From assembly GCA_001600815.1 (NCBI GenBank), contig BCKZ01000015.1:372001-436000 (forward strand): DNA of 64,000 nt. Reading direction: 5' to 3'. Positions 42,961 to 56,092 of the stretch are shown one piece after another; the stretch's first letter is position 1; each line of letters starts with the position of its first letter. The position numbers and the translations under genes are program-made. The notes under the pieces were generated by a model that was given only the letters and a program-made list of their open reading frames with translations, did no database searches and had not been told where the DNA came from. The stretch comes from Alloascoidea hylecoeti. Lineage: Eukaryota.

Positions 42961-45900
42961 TTGGTTTATTGGTTTATACCTTTATCATACCAGCAATCTT
43001 TCGGTGGTATCTTCAGATCTATTATCAGAACATAAATATTAGAGTCAATATTTTCATTGATAAAGGAAACATATGCGAGTGTAAATAGCTGAGCTTAACG
43101 AACCTGGAATGGTAACTCAGAGGAAAGGAGTTATAGTCGGTTGAAGGGTCTGACAATTGCAATCTTGGTATTTCTTTTGCATACTATTTCTTATAAGCTT
43201 TCTTTTGAATAAAAGAAATTTTATTCATTACTGAAATCAGAACTAATACTTACCTAATTTATTATTGCAACTGAAGGCGTATTGTTCATAATAGTCTATA
43301 CTTTTACTACACCATCATCAACAATTAATGAACTTAATATTACTTATAATTTTAATTGCAGACCATACTGTGATTAGTTTATATGAAGTTAAGGTTAATA
43401 CCATCTAATTTCAATTATTTCCAAAATTCAGCAGCTGCTTGAATGTCATCAGCGTTTAAAATATCGATACTACAATCCTTTAATTGCTAGCAAATATTAC
43501 TTCGCTTGCGCATTTTAGTTAGTTTATCTACAGGAATCCCCCAATATCTAGCTTTTATAACTTTATAATTAAAATTATTCCTGTTCACGCATTTGACATT
43601 ACTTTCTTATAATTAGTTAGAATTTAAATTCTTCTTTTCCTTCATCAAATTTGATTCTAAAAATTTTTATTAAAATTGAGCTTGAAAAATATCTGACTTA
43701 CCGGTCAATATTTCTATCGAAGCATCAAAAGTTAATCCCAAATGCCTGCACTTTTAATCATGTTCAACCATGCATCACCTGTCTCCATATAATTTATGTC
43801 CCTTCTGCAATATTGATCTTTTTGTACTATGCATTATGTATCCTATATAAGAAATAAGAATGCATAGATCCCAATTGATTAATCAAAACATCTCATTTTT
43901 CCTGATTTTATATCAACATTAATTAAAGGGTATAGTATATCGTTTGGATCATTTCCAAAAATTCTAATATGATCTTTTATATTTTCTGATAGGGTCACTG
44001 TTATTTTTGAAATATTACTTGTTGGGTATCATATATACGGGCACACTTGAGCAGTTCACAAGAGTCAATTGTCTTTCGATGACCTTAATTATACACGTAG
44101 ATACAAGTATACCGTATGTTATGATATCACAGTTATACCTCATAATATTTAATGCAACTCAATAAATTTAAAGCTATTTTATAATACCATATGAAAGATG
44201 TATATCCCCGAATTCACCCAAAAGAGGCATTATGATAATCAATAAATTAAAGCAGTATCACTATATTATATAGACAAACTTGTAGTAGGGAAGAAAAGAA
44301 AGGTCTATGTCTCCTCTATCTGATTATGTCATTTACTATTAATTAGTATGAATAACCATCGCTCAATTTTCCGTACCACTAGTACTTTTCAATAGTCCAT
44401 TAAACTCCTTCTAGAAGTTCAAGCTATATTGTTAAAGTAGAAAATTGTACTTACGCTCTTAAAAGATGTTCTAGTGTATTTTCAAAGTCGATTGGTCTTT
44501 TATTCTCCTCTTCCCCGTAGTTTTGTTGGTATCACTAAGAAAAACATAAAACATATTAAGATAATATATCTTAATAAAGTTCTAAGTGCCTGTAATAAAG
44601 TTCTACCATAATAAAGATCTAAATGCCTGTTTCTCCCAGTTACGCCAAAAATCCAATCGACTTTCTTTTTGTGAACTGTTCTAAGAGTGATACCAAAATC
44701 TCTTGATTAAAGTGCTAATTATCAAGCAAATTTTGCTAAATATAATGTAAATCATGTTCCCTAAAGTGTCAGAGTATCACTATAGCTGAGGAAAATTCTG
44801 CATATTTTTGTCGGGTCACTTTTGAGCTTGTCCCAGGCAGTTTTTAATGGGAATTAGGTCTGGGCCAACATAATTGTTTCATTTAATTTTCCTCCTAGTT
44901 TTTTTGATTCGGGATTGGAGAATTGTCCTGTTGAAAATATCATCTTCAAAAGCTTGAATAAAAAGTATTGCCAGCCGTTATAATGTTTTTTTGATATGCA
45001 CCCTTCCCTGAAACTTCTCAGTAACATACGAATGTTGGCGTGTTCTTCGTCAGACCTTTTTGTAATCTTCATATCGCACCCCTAAGATCTCGTGAAGGTA
45101 ACTTTGACCTGTTTTGTATATATACTATAGCTAAAGTTTCAATGGATTTGTAATGAAGCCTGATGCCTCTCACAGTACACAAGAGGCCTCACTACAGAAC
45201 CAGCACAGGTATGACCGGATCCGACCAAATAGACGAGATATGACTTTTGCACTGTAGTCAGTCGAGTCATTCATATTTCGAATGCTCCAATATGATTAAG
45301 GTTTCAAAGAGATATCTTCTCAAATAAAGTTAAGAGTGAAACCAAAAAAGCTTAAAATTTCTATAGATGTCAATCTATTAATATATTACCGTTTTCATTA
45401 TTATAGTAAAAAAAAACTGGCTATAGCCACACTTAGTGTTGCGCCTTTGGGGTTTTCTAATGACATCTAAAACTCTAAACATTACATTAGTTATAACATT
45501 GTTTTTAATCTATGTTTAAGACAATCTGCAGCTTCAATGCACTATTGAAACCTTCTTCCAGATCAGGACTCATAATATATCGAAACTTAAAATCTTGACC
45601 CATAGTTATGTATTTATGCATTTTTGAAATTTTTGCAGTCCATGATTATGGTTAATGAACAGGAACTGCTATTCTTGAATTATTTTCAATTTAAATTCAA
45701 CATGTAATATGTCAAATCAGATTTCATTAATATAAATGCTATTATTCCAAATTTCAACACCACTTATATCCCTTTAATAATTATTTCTGCAAATTGGCAT
45801 TTTGTCTTGAATTTCTATTTGTTCTGAATAATAGGTATCACCAGTAATGGAAGCTACAGAGCGCAATTATAAATAGGGTTTAATCTTTGAATTATTATGG

Positions 45901-48890
45901 TCACTAAATATATGTTTTACTTGCAATTGTCATTATATCTAATGTATATTTTATAGTTTATTATAACGGGTGTTCAAAGAATTCAGGTTCACGTTAACCA
46001 ATCTGATGAATGTGGCTATAGGTAAATAATAAAACCAACTTCTAGGATTTGTCCCTTGAGTTTTTTTTCTAAGGATGCATCCCAAATATTAGTCAAATAC
46101 ACTGGTGTTAGTGTACAAGACAGCGAGATACTTAATTATAAGCCTTTATGATAAAAGCTTGAAGTTTTAACCATTCCATATACTACGATTTTGTTATATT
46201 CAAAATGATGTTAAGCATCCGTACCAATTGTTTTCCTGAGCTTGTTTGTTCCAAAGCATAAGTATACCGAAGCTGAATAGATCCTTAGCAATTATGTATG
46301 TTCATATACCGCTTTAATTTCAATTTATTAGTGTTGCTATACATTATAGTGATCGTATAATATAAAGTTTATAATTATTGGATAGATATAAATATATATG
46401 TGGGAGAAATAAATGAATCTGTACAATGCACCAAAATCTTCGATGCACCGCGACTAGATCAAGCAAATATTCATATGCCGGTCATACATTTAGGAATTAA
46501 CATTATTTCTCACCATCAAGATCGGAAGTACTTTAGAAAGAAAGAAGGTACCTTTGTAGAAACGCTGAATTAGCCATATCATTTTTGGGTGCTCCGAAAC
46601 TAAATTGACCAGAGAATGATATTCAAATAATCACTTGCACTGAATTCGGAAAAGTTATTTCTCACTACCTATTCGAGATCACACACCAAATTTTTTTTTT
46701 TTTTGGGTAAAGGTTTGAATGATCAGATATCTAAAGTATCCGTACAAAAATTAATAACGAAATCACTATATCGAATAATTTAGCAGTTCACTCTCTGAAT
46801 CTAAGTTTTAGTAGTTGATACTTATCATGAACTGGTCAATCTCGCACATAAATTTCTTTCCATAGAGCACAGGAACTTTTTTATTTTCTATATAGTTATT
46901 CTAGAGAGGAAATAGCTTTATTGAATGTAATTAATATTGCATCGGCTTTTTCGAAGCTTGGTTCAGTTTATTTAGTAAGTTTAAAGCACTATATCAACTC
47001 CATACCTAGCTATACAGATCGAGAACCTTTCATAGTTACAAATATCTGAAGAAGAAGGTAAGTCCAAATAATTTTCAAGGATATCTCTCTATCTCTAGAA
47101 GGACTGCCATTTCATGCCAGGTGTTCATTTGCCTTCATTCGAGCAAATGTAAGCTTATAGAGCCCCTTAGATATATGAGGGCAGTTAACCAACATCATAG
47201 CCACCTATATATTGTGATTACAGAAAATGGTACTCAGCAAACAAAAGAAACTATGCTAACCCTTCTTTGTAATTGAAAGCATTGTAGGAAGTCAATCAGA
47301 AAAGTTATAAATAATTGTGTGTAACGTGTCTCATTTCCCTTAGCTACCCATCATTATACCTGCATATCCATATATCCCAAAAATTCCGTATTAAATGGCT
47401 TATATGAATGAATTTCTCTCAGCTGAGTACATATATTTGAAGTCCGATTAAAATTATGGTGTTACATGTAAATACTTTATTTCATGCCCCTTTATTAGTC
47501 ATGCACTCCTCGAGATACTCCGAATACATATGAAATATGTGTGTGAATCAAATCACAACAATTATATTCTCAATTATTGATAAACAGTCAATTAAAACAC
47601 ACTATTACATTGATTATAATTTAGTTAGAGGATAAATTTTTATCTTGAGTTTCCTTTTTGAATGAAATATATTTTTACATGTCATTTATTCATACCTGTC
47701 TCAAAAGTAGAAAACATAACAAAAACATAACTTTTTTTCTTTTAGAGCATGAAAGAAGTGGGATTTATTAACTAATTAATATTCTATGCAATTAATGTAG
47801 CTGAATCAATTTTGGATAGTTTTTCACCCATTCTTCCCAACTAATACTAACCGACATTGATATTGATACCTATGACGAAATCATCGACACAATTCCGAGC
47901 TTATTAACCTACAGGTAATATACAATATATAAGCCTATAACCCTCATAATACCCTACGTCACTATGTAAAATCACTTTACGTATTTGTTAAAGAACACAA
48001 AAGGTAGATAGTTGGAAAATATAAATCCTATCGTTTCAAATTATTCGACCCTATTTCTTAATTATGCAGGCCTCCAAAATTCGCAGCCATACAGATATGC
48101 TACGTTTGATGAATTTAATCAGTTTTCTCGTTCAATGATCACGTGTTATGTATATGTCCTCATGGCGTAATATGTATTGTTGCATCAACTTGCATGCATA
48201 TTCCTGGAGACCAAATTCTTACAAAAAAAAGTTAGTTTTCAGTGTGTACCATAGTTAAATTTTGGATGTCTTCTCTTCGGTATCTAAAAGCGGCTATAGA
48301 GGTATATAAATATTACATATAGAAAATAAATGTTTCCTGAATTTTCCTTTAGATTTAATTTGCGAGCCTTGTAGATGTAGCTATATATAAATAAACTTCA
48401 TTAATTCCATATCTTGAAGTCCGGACCTCCGCCGCTTCTATATTCTTTTATATTCAACTGAAAATTTCATACATTATTTTTATTCGAAGATTAAACAAGA
48501 GCGTCTAATACGTATTCAACTTATAGATGATGCTCGTAGAACTAGCATATATATAACACTTTATAAGCTTATATATATCGTATCAGTTTAAGCTACGAAT
48601 ACCTATGCCTATATGATTTGCATAATTAAAATATGGTAATATCCAGTTACTTAGATAGCTAGTATACACGTATACGTATTAAGATAGTAGTATCACAATC
48701 CGTGATAAGTAATATACACTCCAGAGGTTATGATGGCTTATATGTTCCAAAGAATTCATACTGGTTTTTGCAGTTCTTAGACTAGAGCTTTTTTCTGTAT
48801 GTATCAGTTGGTAATTACAAATCAAATGAAACGCTTATTTTCTGAGGCTAACTATAGCTTCATCTCCTAGTGGTCTCTTGAGCTACTATA

Positions 48891-49157
48891 TAAGATTGAC
48901 AAATTCAATATATCAATACATAATTATATGATATCGCGTTAATATTATTTAAGTAATAAATCTGCACTATTCATTTCCTATTTCCTCTTTAAAGTAACTT
49001 CCGTTTTGGGAATATTATGCAGAAAATGTAAAAAAGATATTATAAATGAAATATGCCATATAAAAGTATCTACTCCTTATCTATTTTATGTTTAAATACG
49101 CGATAGCATTTGAATATAATTTCAGGTATCAATCAGTTAATTTCTATTTAATCTTTT
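48891..49157 (+). repeat. Dispersed repeat copy A (~270 bp), possibly a solo LTR or non-autonomous element
   Basis: Reverse complement matches 59599-59839 (AAAGATTAAATAGAAATTAACT, CTATCGCGT, CATAAAATAGATAAGGA, AAAACGGAAGTTACTTTAAA, TTGTCAATCTTA). Confidence 0.85.
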
Positions 49158-49899
49158 CAATTATTAATAACCTTTATATTATTAGCAATATGAACTTTAA
49201 TTTCAAATTTCAAATTTCAAACGATATATTTAACTTTTTGCTATAACACATGATTTGGAAGCGGTATAACTCTACTTTTATATCAAACATATTACGATAT
49301 CTACCAAATTTAACCTTTTTATTATCATTTACCGGTTTAAAGGGCTTACGCTTAGTATATATTTTTTCGATAATACCTAATTTGGTTCTGATCTGAAACT
49401 TCCACTATATAACTTCTATTGTGACTTATAATTCAGAAAAGTATTTATATTCCAAATTTCTTTACCTTTTTAATTTGGATCAAACACTCTAAAATACTTC
49501 TTCAGTAATTTCTCAACAACTTTCAGAATTACTATTTCTATTACAATGGCTCCATACTTTTAAATGATGAACAAACATCGGAATTAACCGTGTCTTGGGT
49601 TGAACACACAGGAAAACAGTAGTTAATTGGAAGTAACATTGATTACGGCGTTACGGCTTAGACTTATATCCTTTATATATATATATATATATGCACGCTT
49701 AAATAAGAACTACTTAATATAGACTACTCTTACATGTAATGTTATGTTTAATTATGGAGAACAACCTCCTTCAATTCATGGTGCGAAGATCTTTGAAATC
49801 GGCAGCAATACAATTAATAATATAGAATTAATAGATAATTACATGTATTGTGAACCACTGAGATACATTAGTTTCACTTAATGTAGGGCATTCTGATTA

Positions 49900-50950
49900 C
49901 TAATTATCGGCCATCCCCATAACTATGTTTAGGGCTGGTTGCAATGAGTCCATCAAAATACGACTTATCTATCTCCTTCCATAACCCTGGTAAAATTTCT
50001 GATAGGTGTTACTTGACGTTCTTAACTTCTCCTTTCACGATAGCAATATTTTGCCCTTTTTACCTAGCTCAGGTTTAAGCTTATGCTAAGCATGATGGGG
50101 TTGAGGTCTGACTACCATATCTGCTTAAGATTATATACCGCCAAGATATTCGAAAATTTTTCAGCTGTATGGACGGCAGAATTGTCTTGTTGAAAATAGC
50201 ACCTTCAATGGAATTCAAGGTATTGCTTCCAGTATTAAGACTTCATTAATATATCTTTCGGAATTTATTTTACCTTCTTCAAAACGGACGAGCCTTGATC
50301 GTGCTTCACCGCAGAATCCTCCCCAGGCCATGTTTTTAACATCACCACTCTTGAATTGAGGTAATAAATACCGGGGGTTGCCTTTATTATCATTCTGATC
50401 TTGGTAACAATATCTATCTGCTGCTGAACCACGTTTCGAAATCGACGACACACCCGAGAAAATCACGCGTTTCCAGTCGCTTACAGTAAAATTTTGATAT
50501 TGGTGAAGGTGACAACCAAGACTTTTTTCTCATTTTTCTTCATTTAAAATTCATCTCTAAATATCTTCTAACTGTCATAGTGCTCACCTGAAATCGTTTC
50601 AAAGAGGCGTCCATTGTTGGAATTTTTAGTAGTTCCCTTCTGATACCCCTAAGGTCTCGAGGAGATAATACAGACTTCACTCCAGGTGGTTTGATATTCT
50701 CTACGGTATCCCTCTTTTTATAAAGAAGGCAGACGTGTCTCGGAGTATTACGATGAACACCAACTCTTTTGGCAGTTTCAGTATTGGAATTACCTGCGTC
50801 CAACAAATGAATTATGTGCAATTTTTATTAAGCCGAGCCATTTAAACTTTGAATGGTCAAAAAGGAGTAAGGTTTCGTTAAAATATACTCGAACAAAGTT
50901 TACAAATGTTTTAGGCATTTTGAAGCTGCACCCAAACTTCCGAGCACTAC
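49900..50950 (-). mobile_element. Degenerate Tc1/mariner (IS630-Tc1) DNA transposon
   Basis: HTH (S.TETAKRVGVHRNT), PG.KSVLSPRD.R.I.R, DWKRVIFSG, MAWGGF, KINSERYINEVL, FQQDNSAVHTA and DLNPI motifs in order, split by frameshifts and stops. Ends are approximate; no intact TIR pair seen. Confidence 0.88.
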
Positions 50951-51495
50951 GTTTAACTTAACTGAGACCTAAGATCATCTCAAGCATGTGAAAACGTCGC
51001 TTCCCGGACCCCACATTATCTACACCCTAGGCTTAATACTAAGATTTTGAGCGCAAATCCAGGAAAATCCTACGGATTATATAGATTATATAAATTGGAC
51101 TAGAAGATATTATAGTTAAGAAGAAAAGTACAATAAATCAGATTATCAAGTTTTTGGTCTTCACAAGTGGGATTCTTTAATCTTATAATAACATGTACAA
51201 CCATTCGAACTGAATTAGACAAGCCGTGATAGTAGACACGTTTGAGAGGGTGGTTGAGTTACTGATTATTGAATTTTCGAATATAGAGACATAATTTTGA
51301 GAATTCGTGTTTTCTTTTTGATATTTATTGTATCTCTTCCCTTTTTATAAACTTTCACGTCAATTTTAATATAACTGAACCGTTATTGTATTTTTTCCCA
51401 GATTATTATGCTATAGACGTATCAAACAAACTCCAAAATATAAACCATATCTATTTATGTACCCATTAATATATTAGAAAAGAAAATTAAAGAAT

Positions 51496-51816
51496 TCAAA
51501 AATAGTATATACATATTGCCAATAACCCGAGTGTAAACAACAGGCCTTGGACTCTGATAAAACGTCTGACATTAATATCCATATAAATAAGAGGTGAAGG
51601 ATCATGATCAATATTCGCCAGGAAATTTTTAGGAAGTAGCCCTATAGCCAACGCTTCTCTTAACTCGTAGGAGTTTAGACAGAGAACTGAACCACCACCA
51701 GTTCTAGTGTCATCGTTATGATCGTCCAATAATTGATTTAGAAGGTCGTTAGCTCCATGATCGTAATGATTACGGGCATCTCTATCTCTTTGAAGTAGTC
51801 TGGAGTTAAACAGCAT
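51496..51816 (-). CDS. Hypothetical small protein with a C-terminal hydrophobic (tail-anchor-like) segment; possibly the last exon of a spliced gene
   Basis: 106-aa ORF ending GLLFTLGLLAICIYYF. TTTAAC..CAG acceptor-like sequence near its start and TACTAAT..TAG upstream at ~51958-51971. Exon structure unresolved. Confidence 0.4.
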   Translation of the reverse strand: MLFNSRLLQRDRDARNHYDHGANDLLNQLLDDHNDDTRTGGGSVLCLNSYELREALAIGLLPKNFLANIDHDPSPLIYMDINVRRFIRVQGLLFTLGLLAICIYYF

Positions 51817-52094
51817 AGTAAAGCCAGATATTTTGTGTACTCATGAAATAAAAAGAAAGCAAATGATTTTTCAAATCTCTTATATAACCATTTTTGAATA
51901 TACGATCAGAACGGGTCGAAGTTTTTTGATTAGAAGTCCAGATATGATGTTGACTGACTAAGGAATTAGTAATAGTTGGACCAAGTCCAACCACAACACA
52001 CAACAGCCATAAAATTCCATTATATAATGAAGTTACACAAGTTACATAATCTAATTTTATTTGCTTTCCCTTAAAAAAAAAAAAAAAAAAAAAA

Positions 52095-53024
52095 ATGAAG
52101 TTAATAAATCGATCTTTTACAACAAACAGTCTAAAATATATTCGTACAACAATATATGCTGTTCAAGTCGGTCAGTATTAGAATACATAAAGCTTCTACC
52201 TAAAATAAATATTAATATATCAATTGTATTATAAAATAGGTAAACAAATTGGTATATTTGATGATTGGAAAATTTGTAAGGAACAAGTGATTGGATTCCA
52301 AGGTTCCAAATATAAGAAATTTTATGAAATTGATAAAGCAATAGAATATATGAATGATATAGGTCCGATCGGATCATATCCAATACTCCTTCCTAACATG
52401 AACATCAATATTAATAATTCAGGTACAGATATAAGTATAGATATCGATAGTACTAAAAAATTAGAGCTTGAAGCATTTTCACCCTTAAAATATGATGGTA
52501 TACCAATATATATAGATGGAGCATCACGTAATAATGGGAAAAGAAAAAATCATGGAGAAAAAAATATTGCAATTGCAGGTTATGGTGTATTTTTTGGTAT
52601 TTCAGATAAAAGAAATATATCTGAACCATTAATAGGTCTACAAACAAATAACCGAGCAGAATTAACAGCATTTCAAAAAGCAATTGATTTTATATTAAAT
52701 GATATTATTACATCCAAAGATGATAATAATTTTCAAAGATATTCAATTGTAACAGATTCAAAATATACAATTAATTGTTTTAATGATTGGATGGACAAAT
52801 GGAGATTAAATGATTATAAATTATCATCTGGTAAACCAATTAATAATTATGATATTATAAAGGATGTTGATTTAAAATTACAAAAAATAAATGATTATTA
52901 TTTTAAAAAAGGTTGGAATAAGGTAAAATTTAATCATACTTATGGTCATGAAGGTGATTTTGGCAATGAAGAAGCAGATAGATTAGCAAATTTAGGAGCT
53001 GATAAAAATCCATTAAATTTTTAG
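52095..53024 (+). CDS. RNH1: Ribonuclease H1 (hybrid-binding domain plus RNase H domain), 2 exons
   Basis: Exon 1 52095-52170, intron 52171-52239 (GTCAGT..TAG, contains an in-frame stop). Splicing restores IYAVQVGKQIGIFDDW..C..QV.GF.G.KYKKF. Catalytic YIDGA, QTNNRAEL, TDSKY and GH.G..GNEEADRLA. Confidence 0.92.
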
Positions 53025-53052
53025 CTATTCTATATATAGTATATATAATATT

Positions 53053-53826
53053 TTATAATTTTGCAACATCTTGAGTCCAATTTATACCACACCATTTTGA
53101 AATATCAATTGATAATTCTCTAGCACTGTCAATTTCATCTTTTGTTGCACCGTTATTTAAGGCACCTTTCAAGTGACCTTTCAATTGAGGGTTAACATCT
53201 TGTGGTATAAGACAAGCAATAACAACTAAGCTTGTATCATGAGCACTTAAAACATCTGTAAAAGATAATAAAGGAGTATAAACATAGTTTAAAGCATACA
53301 TTCCTAAATCAGGATATGCGGCAGTCAATTGTCCCATTACTCTTTTTGAAATTTTCCCATAAACTTGATCCCAAAATGATGAACCAAATTCAATATCTTT
53401 TTCATTGACTGTTTTCAAATTTTTTCTTTGTATTTTAGTTTCTCTTAATTCATCAGGAGTTATATTTTTTAAAACCGTTAATGAATTTATTGTTTTTGGT
53501 AACCCCGCTAAAGCACATCCTTTCATCAATGCTTCTCTTGTCTTTTTAGCAATTTCTAGTTGTTTTTGAAAAACAATTGGATCTGAAGATACTTTAATAT
53601 CATCTTTTGCATCAAATTTATTTAAAAGACTTTTGATATTTGGATTTGGATTTGGATTTGAATTTAGTTCAGCATGTAACATGGCATACTTGAATAAAAC
53701 GGGCACTTCATCCGGTTTATTACAAACGCTCAATGTTGCAGCTGCTATAAAGTACCAAGTATTGGTTAACAAGGGAGAAGTACTAATTCTCAAAAGTCGT
53801 GAAGGTGTTAAAAGTCTCGAAGTCAT
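53053..53826 (-). CDS. PXP2: AhpD/carboxymuconolactone-decarboxylase-like protein (Pxp2/YJR111C-like)
   Basis: WYFIAAA, REALMK...LAGLPKTINSL, FWDQVYGK, YPDL and ACLIPQDVNPQLKGHLKGALNNGAT. Confidence 0.8.
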   Translation of the reverse strand: MTSRLLTPSRLLRISTSPLLTNTWYFIAAATLSVCNKPDEVPVLFKYAMLHAELNSNPNPNPNIKSLLNKFDAKDDIKVSSDPIVFQKQLEIAKKTREALMKGCALAGLPKTINSLTVLKNITPDELRETKIQRKNLKTVNEKDIEFGSSFWDQVYGKISKRVMGQLTAAYPDLGMYALNYVYTPLLSFTDVLSAHDTSLVVIACLIPQDVNPQLKGHLKGALNNGATKDEIDSARELSIDISKWCGINWTQDVAKL

Positions 53827-53992
53827 TTTGTCTATTTACTCAGATAACGTTATAATTAATGTCTATGTTTATTATTATGAGAGCGACACAAATGTAGATG
53901 CATACCTCACACTTATGCACTCACAGTAATAAAATCATCACATCTCTTGATTATGATCTTTTCTCTGATTAATTTTCCAGAAAGAAAACGAA

Positions 53993-55688
53993 ATGGACAA
54001 CCGTACAAGTATTTCGAAACCTCGAACCCAAGAACGCGATCGTTCGGAACGTTCAAGATCCGACCGTTCAAGGTCTAGAAGTAGAAGATCCGATTATAAG
54101 GAGAGAGATAGAGACTATAGACGTGATGATCGGTATGAAAGACGTCGTGAGGATAGTTATCGGCCAAGTAGAGATAGAGATAGTGATAGAGATCGTGATC
54201 GTGAAAGGGAACGTGAAAGAAGAAGAAGAAGAGATCGTGACCGTGATCGTGATCGCGCTAGAGATTATCGTCATAATACTGACAGAAGTTATAGGTCCAA
54301 TGATTCTAGGAATCATTCCCGCAATTCATCCTCAGCGACAGACGTTGAAAGAGATCAAAGAACTATATTTGTACAACAATTATCCGTTCGTTTAAGATCC
54401 AAAGAATTAAAATCATTTTTTGAACAAGTTGGTACTGTTATTGATGCATCAATAGTTAAAGATAAATCGACAGGTCGCTCAAAGGGAGTTGCATATGTTG
54501 AATTTGAAAATAAAGAATCAGTTCAAAAAGCAATAAATTTAACTGGTAATAAATTATTAGGTATACCAATTATTGTACAATATACAGAATCTGAAAAAAA
54601 TCGACAATCATTATTAATGGGACCAAAACCAATAAAACCTGATTTTAAAACTGTTTCACCAAATAGAATTTATGTTGGAAATATTCATTTTGGTGTTACA
54701 GATGAAGAATTAAAACAAATTTTTCAATCTTTTGGTGAAATTGAAGCTGTTTATTTACAAAGAGATGATCTGGGAAAATCAAAAGGTTATGCTTTTATAA
54801 TGTAAGTTTTTTTTTTATCATATTTTTTATTTATATCTGATGGATTTACTAATGATATGAAAATATTTAGATTTAAAAATAAAGAAAATGCACAAGAAGC
54901 ATTAATCAAAATGAGTGGTTTTGAAATAGCAGGTCGTCAAATAAAAGTAGGACTTGGAGTTGAAAAAAGCACATTAAACAATGATCCAACATTAATTCAA
55001 AATAGTCCTTCAATAAATTCAAATCAAAATAATAATAATAATAATATAAATTTAAATGATAAACCAGGTTCAAATATTGAAAAGGCAAGACAATCAGGAT
55101 TATCATTAAAAGATAATGATTCAAATGATTTTAATAATGGTACAAGAGAAAGCTTAATGAGGAAATTAATGCGTGATGAAGATGATCTTTTAACAAATGA
55201 TTATTCAAATGGTGATAACAAATTAAAATTGAATTTAAATGATCAAAATCTACAACAACATAGTAAAGTTATTTCACGTTGTATTGTCTTAAAAAATATG
55301 TTTGATCCAGCAGAGTAAGTACTATTAAAAATTAACATTAAGAAATAAATTACTAACAAAAAATTTATAGAGAATCTGAGCCAAATTGGGTTAAAGATCT
55401 TGAAGAGGATACAAAATCCGAATGTGAAGAAAAATATGGTAAAGTAGTTCATATATCAGTTGATTCATCATCAAAAGGTGAAATTTTTTTAAAATTTATA
55501 AGTATTGAATCAAGTGAAAAGGCAATTTTAGGTTTAAATGGTAGATTTTTTGGTGGTAGACAAATTGTTGCTTTACCTGTTGTTGAAATGATGTATTCTG
55601 TTCGGTAAGTTTTTTTTTATATTTATTTATTGGAATTTGTGTTTACTAACTTATTATTATTAGATTTCCAAAATCGAAATCATTATAA
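53993..55688 (+). CDS. RSD1: RBM39/CAPER/Rsd1-like splicing factor (RS domain, RRM1, RRM2, UHM), 4 exons
   Basis: Exons 53993-54801, 54871-55314, 55371-55604, 55664-55688 with GTAAGT..ACTAA(C/T)..TAG introns. ERDQRTIFVQQL, RSKGVAYVEF, SRCIVLKNMFDPAEE and LNGRFFGGR. Confidence 0.9.
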
Positions 55689-55939
55689 TTATCATTATAA
55701 CTATAATAACCATAGCTTTCTTTTTTTTTTTTTACATTTTTAGGATTATAAAAAAATATCATAATTATTATTAAGAGTATACTTAAAAGTTTTCTATTTT
55801 TTTTATCTCTTTAACTACTAACAAGAAACTGCTTTTTTTTTCGAATTCTAATTCTAGATATTATTGCTATCGAAGTACAATTAATGGCTATTAGATATAT
55901 GGTAGCAATTACAATTAATTATAATGTCAAGTATCAGTA

Positions 55940-55985
55940 GTATAAGTATAAGAATAAGTATAAGTATAAGTATAAGAATTTAGTA
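55940..55985. repeat. (TAAGTA)n-type short tandem repeat between convergent genes
   Basis: GTATAAGTATAAGAATAAGTATAAGTATAAGTATAAG read directly. Confidence 0.8.
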
Positions 55986-56092
55986 TGGAAATGTTGAAGA
56001 TAGATGTATCGTAACTTAATTATACTTTAATAAATATATAAAGATTTTGTATTATATTATGTTATACTGATAAAATGCTGAATATGTAAATT

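Noticed and set aside
44400..45100. 72-aa ORF and neighbouring coding-like fragments in the desert
   Set aside because: Could be element debris, but no motif could be assigned.
48138..48145. ATCACGTG as CDEI of a point centromere
   Set aside because: No very AT-rich CDEII or CDEIII CCG motif at the expected spacing; CACGTG occurs several times in the window.
52095..53024. RNase H ORF as part of a retrotransposon
   Set aside because: It has the cellular N-terminal hybrid-binding domain and an intron, with no RT or integrase attached.
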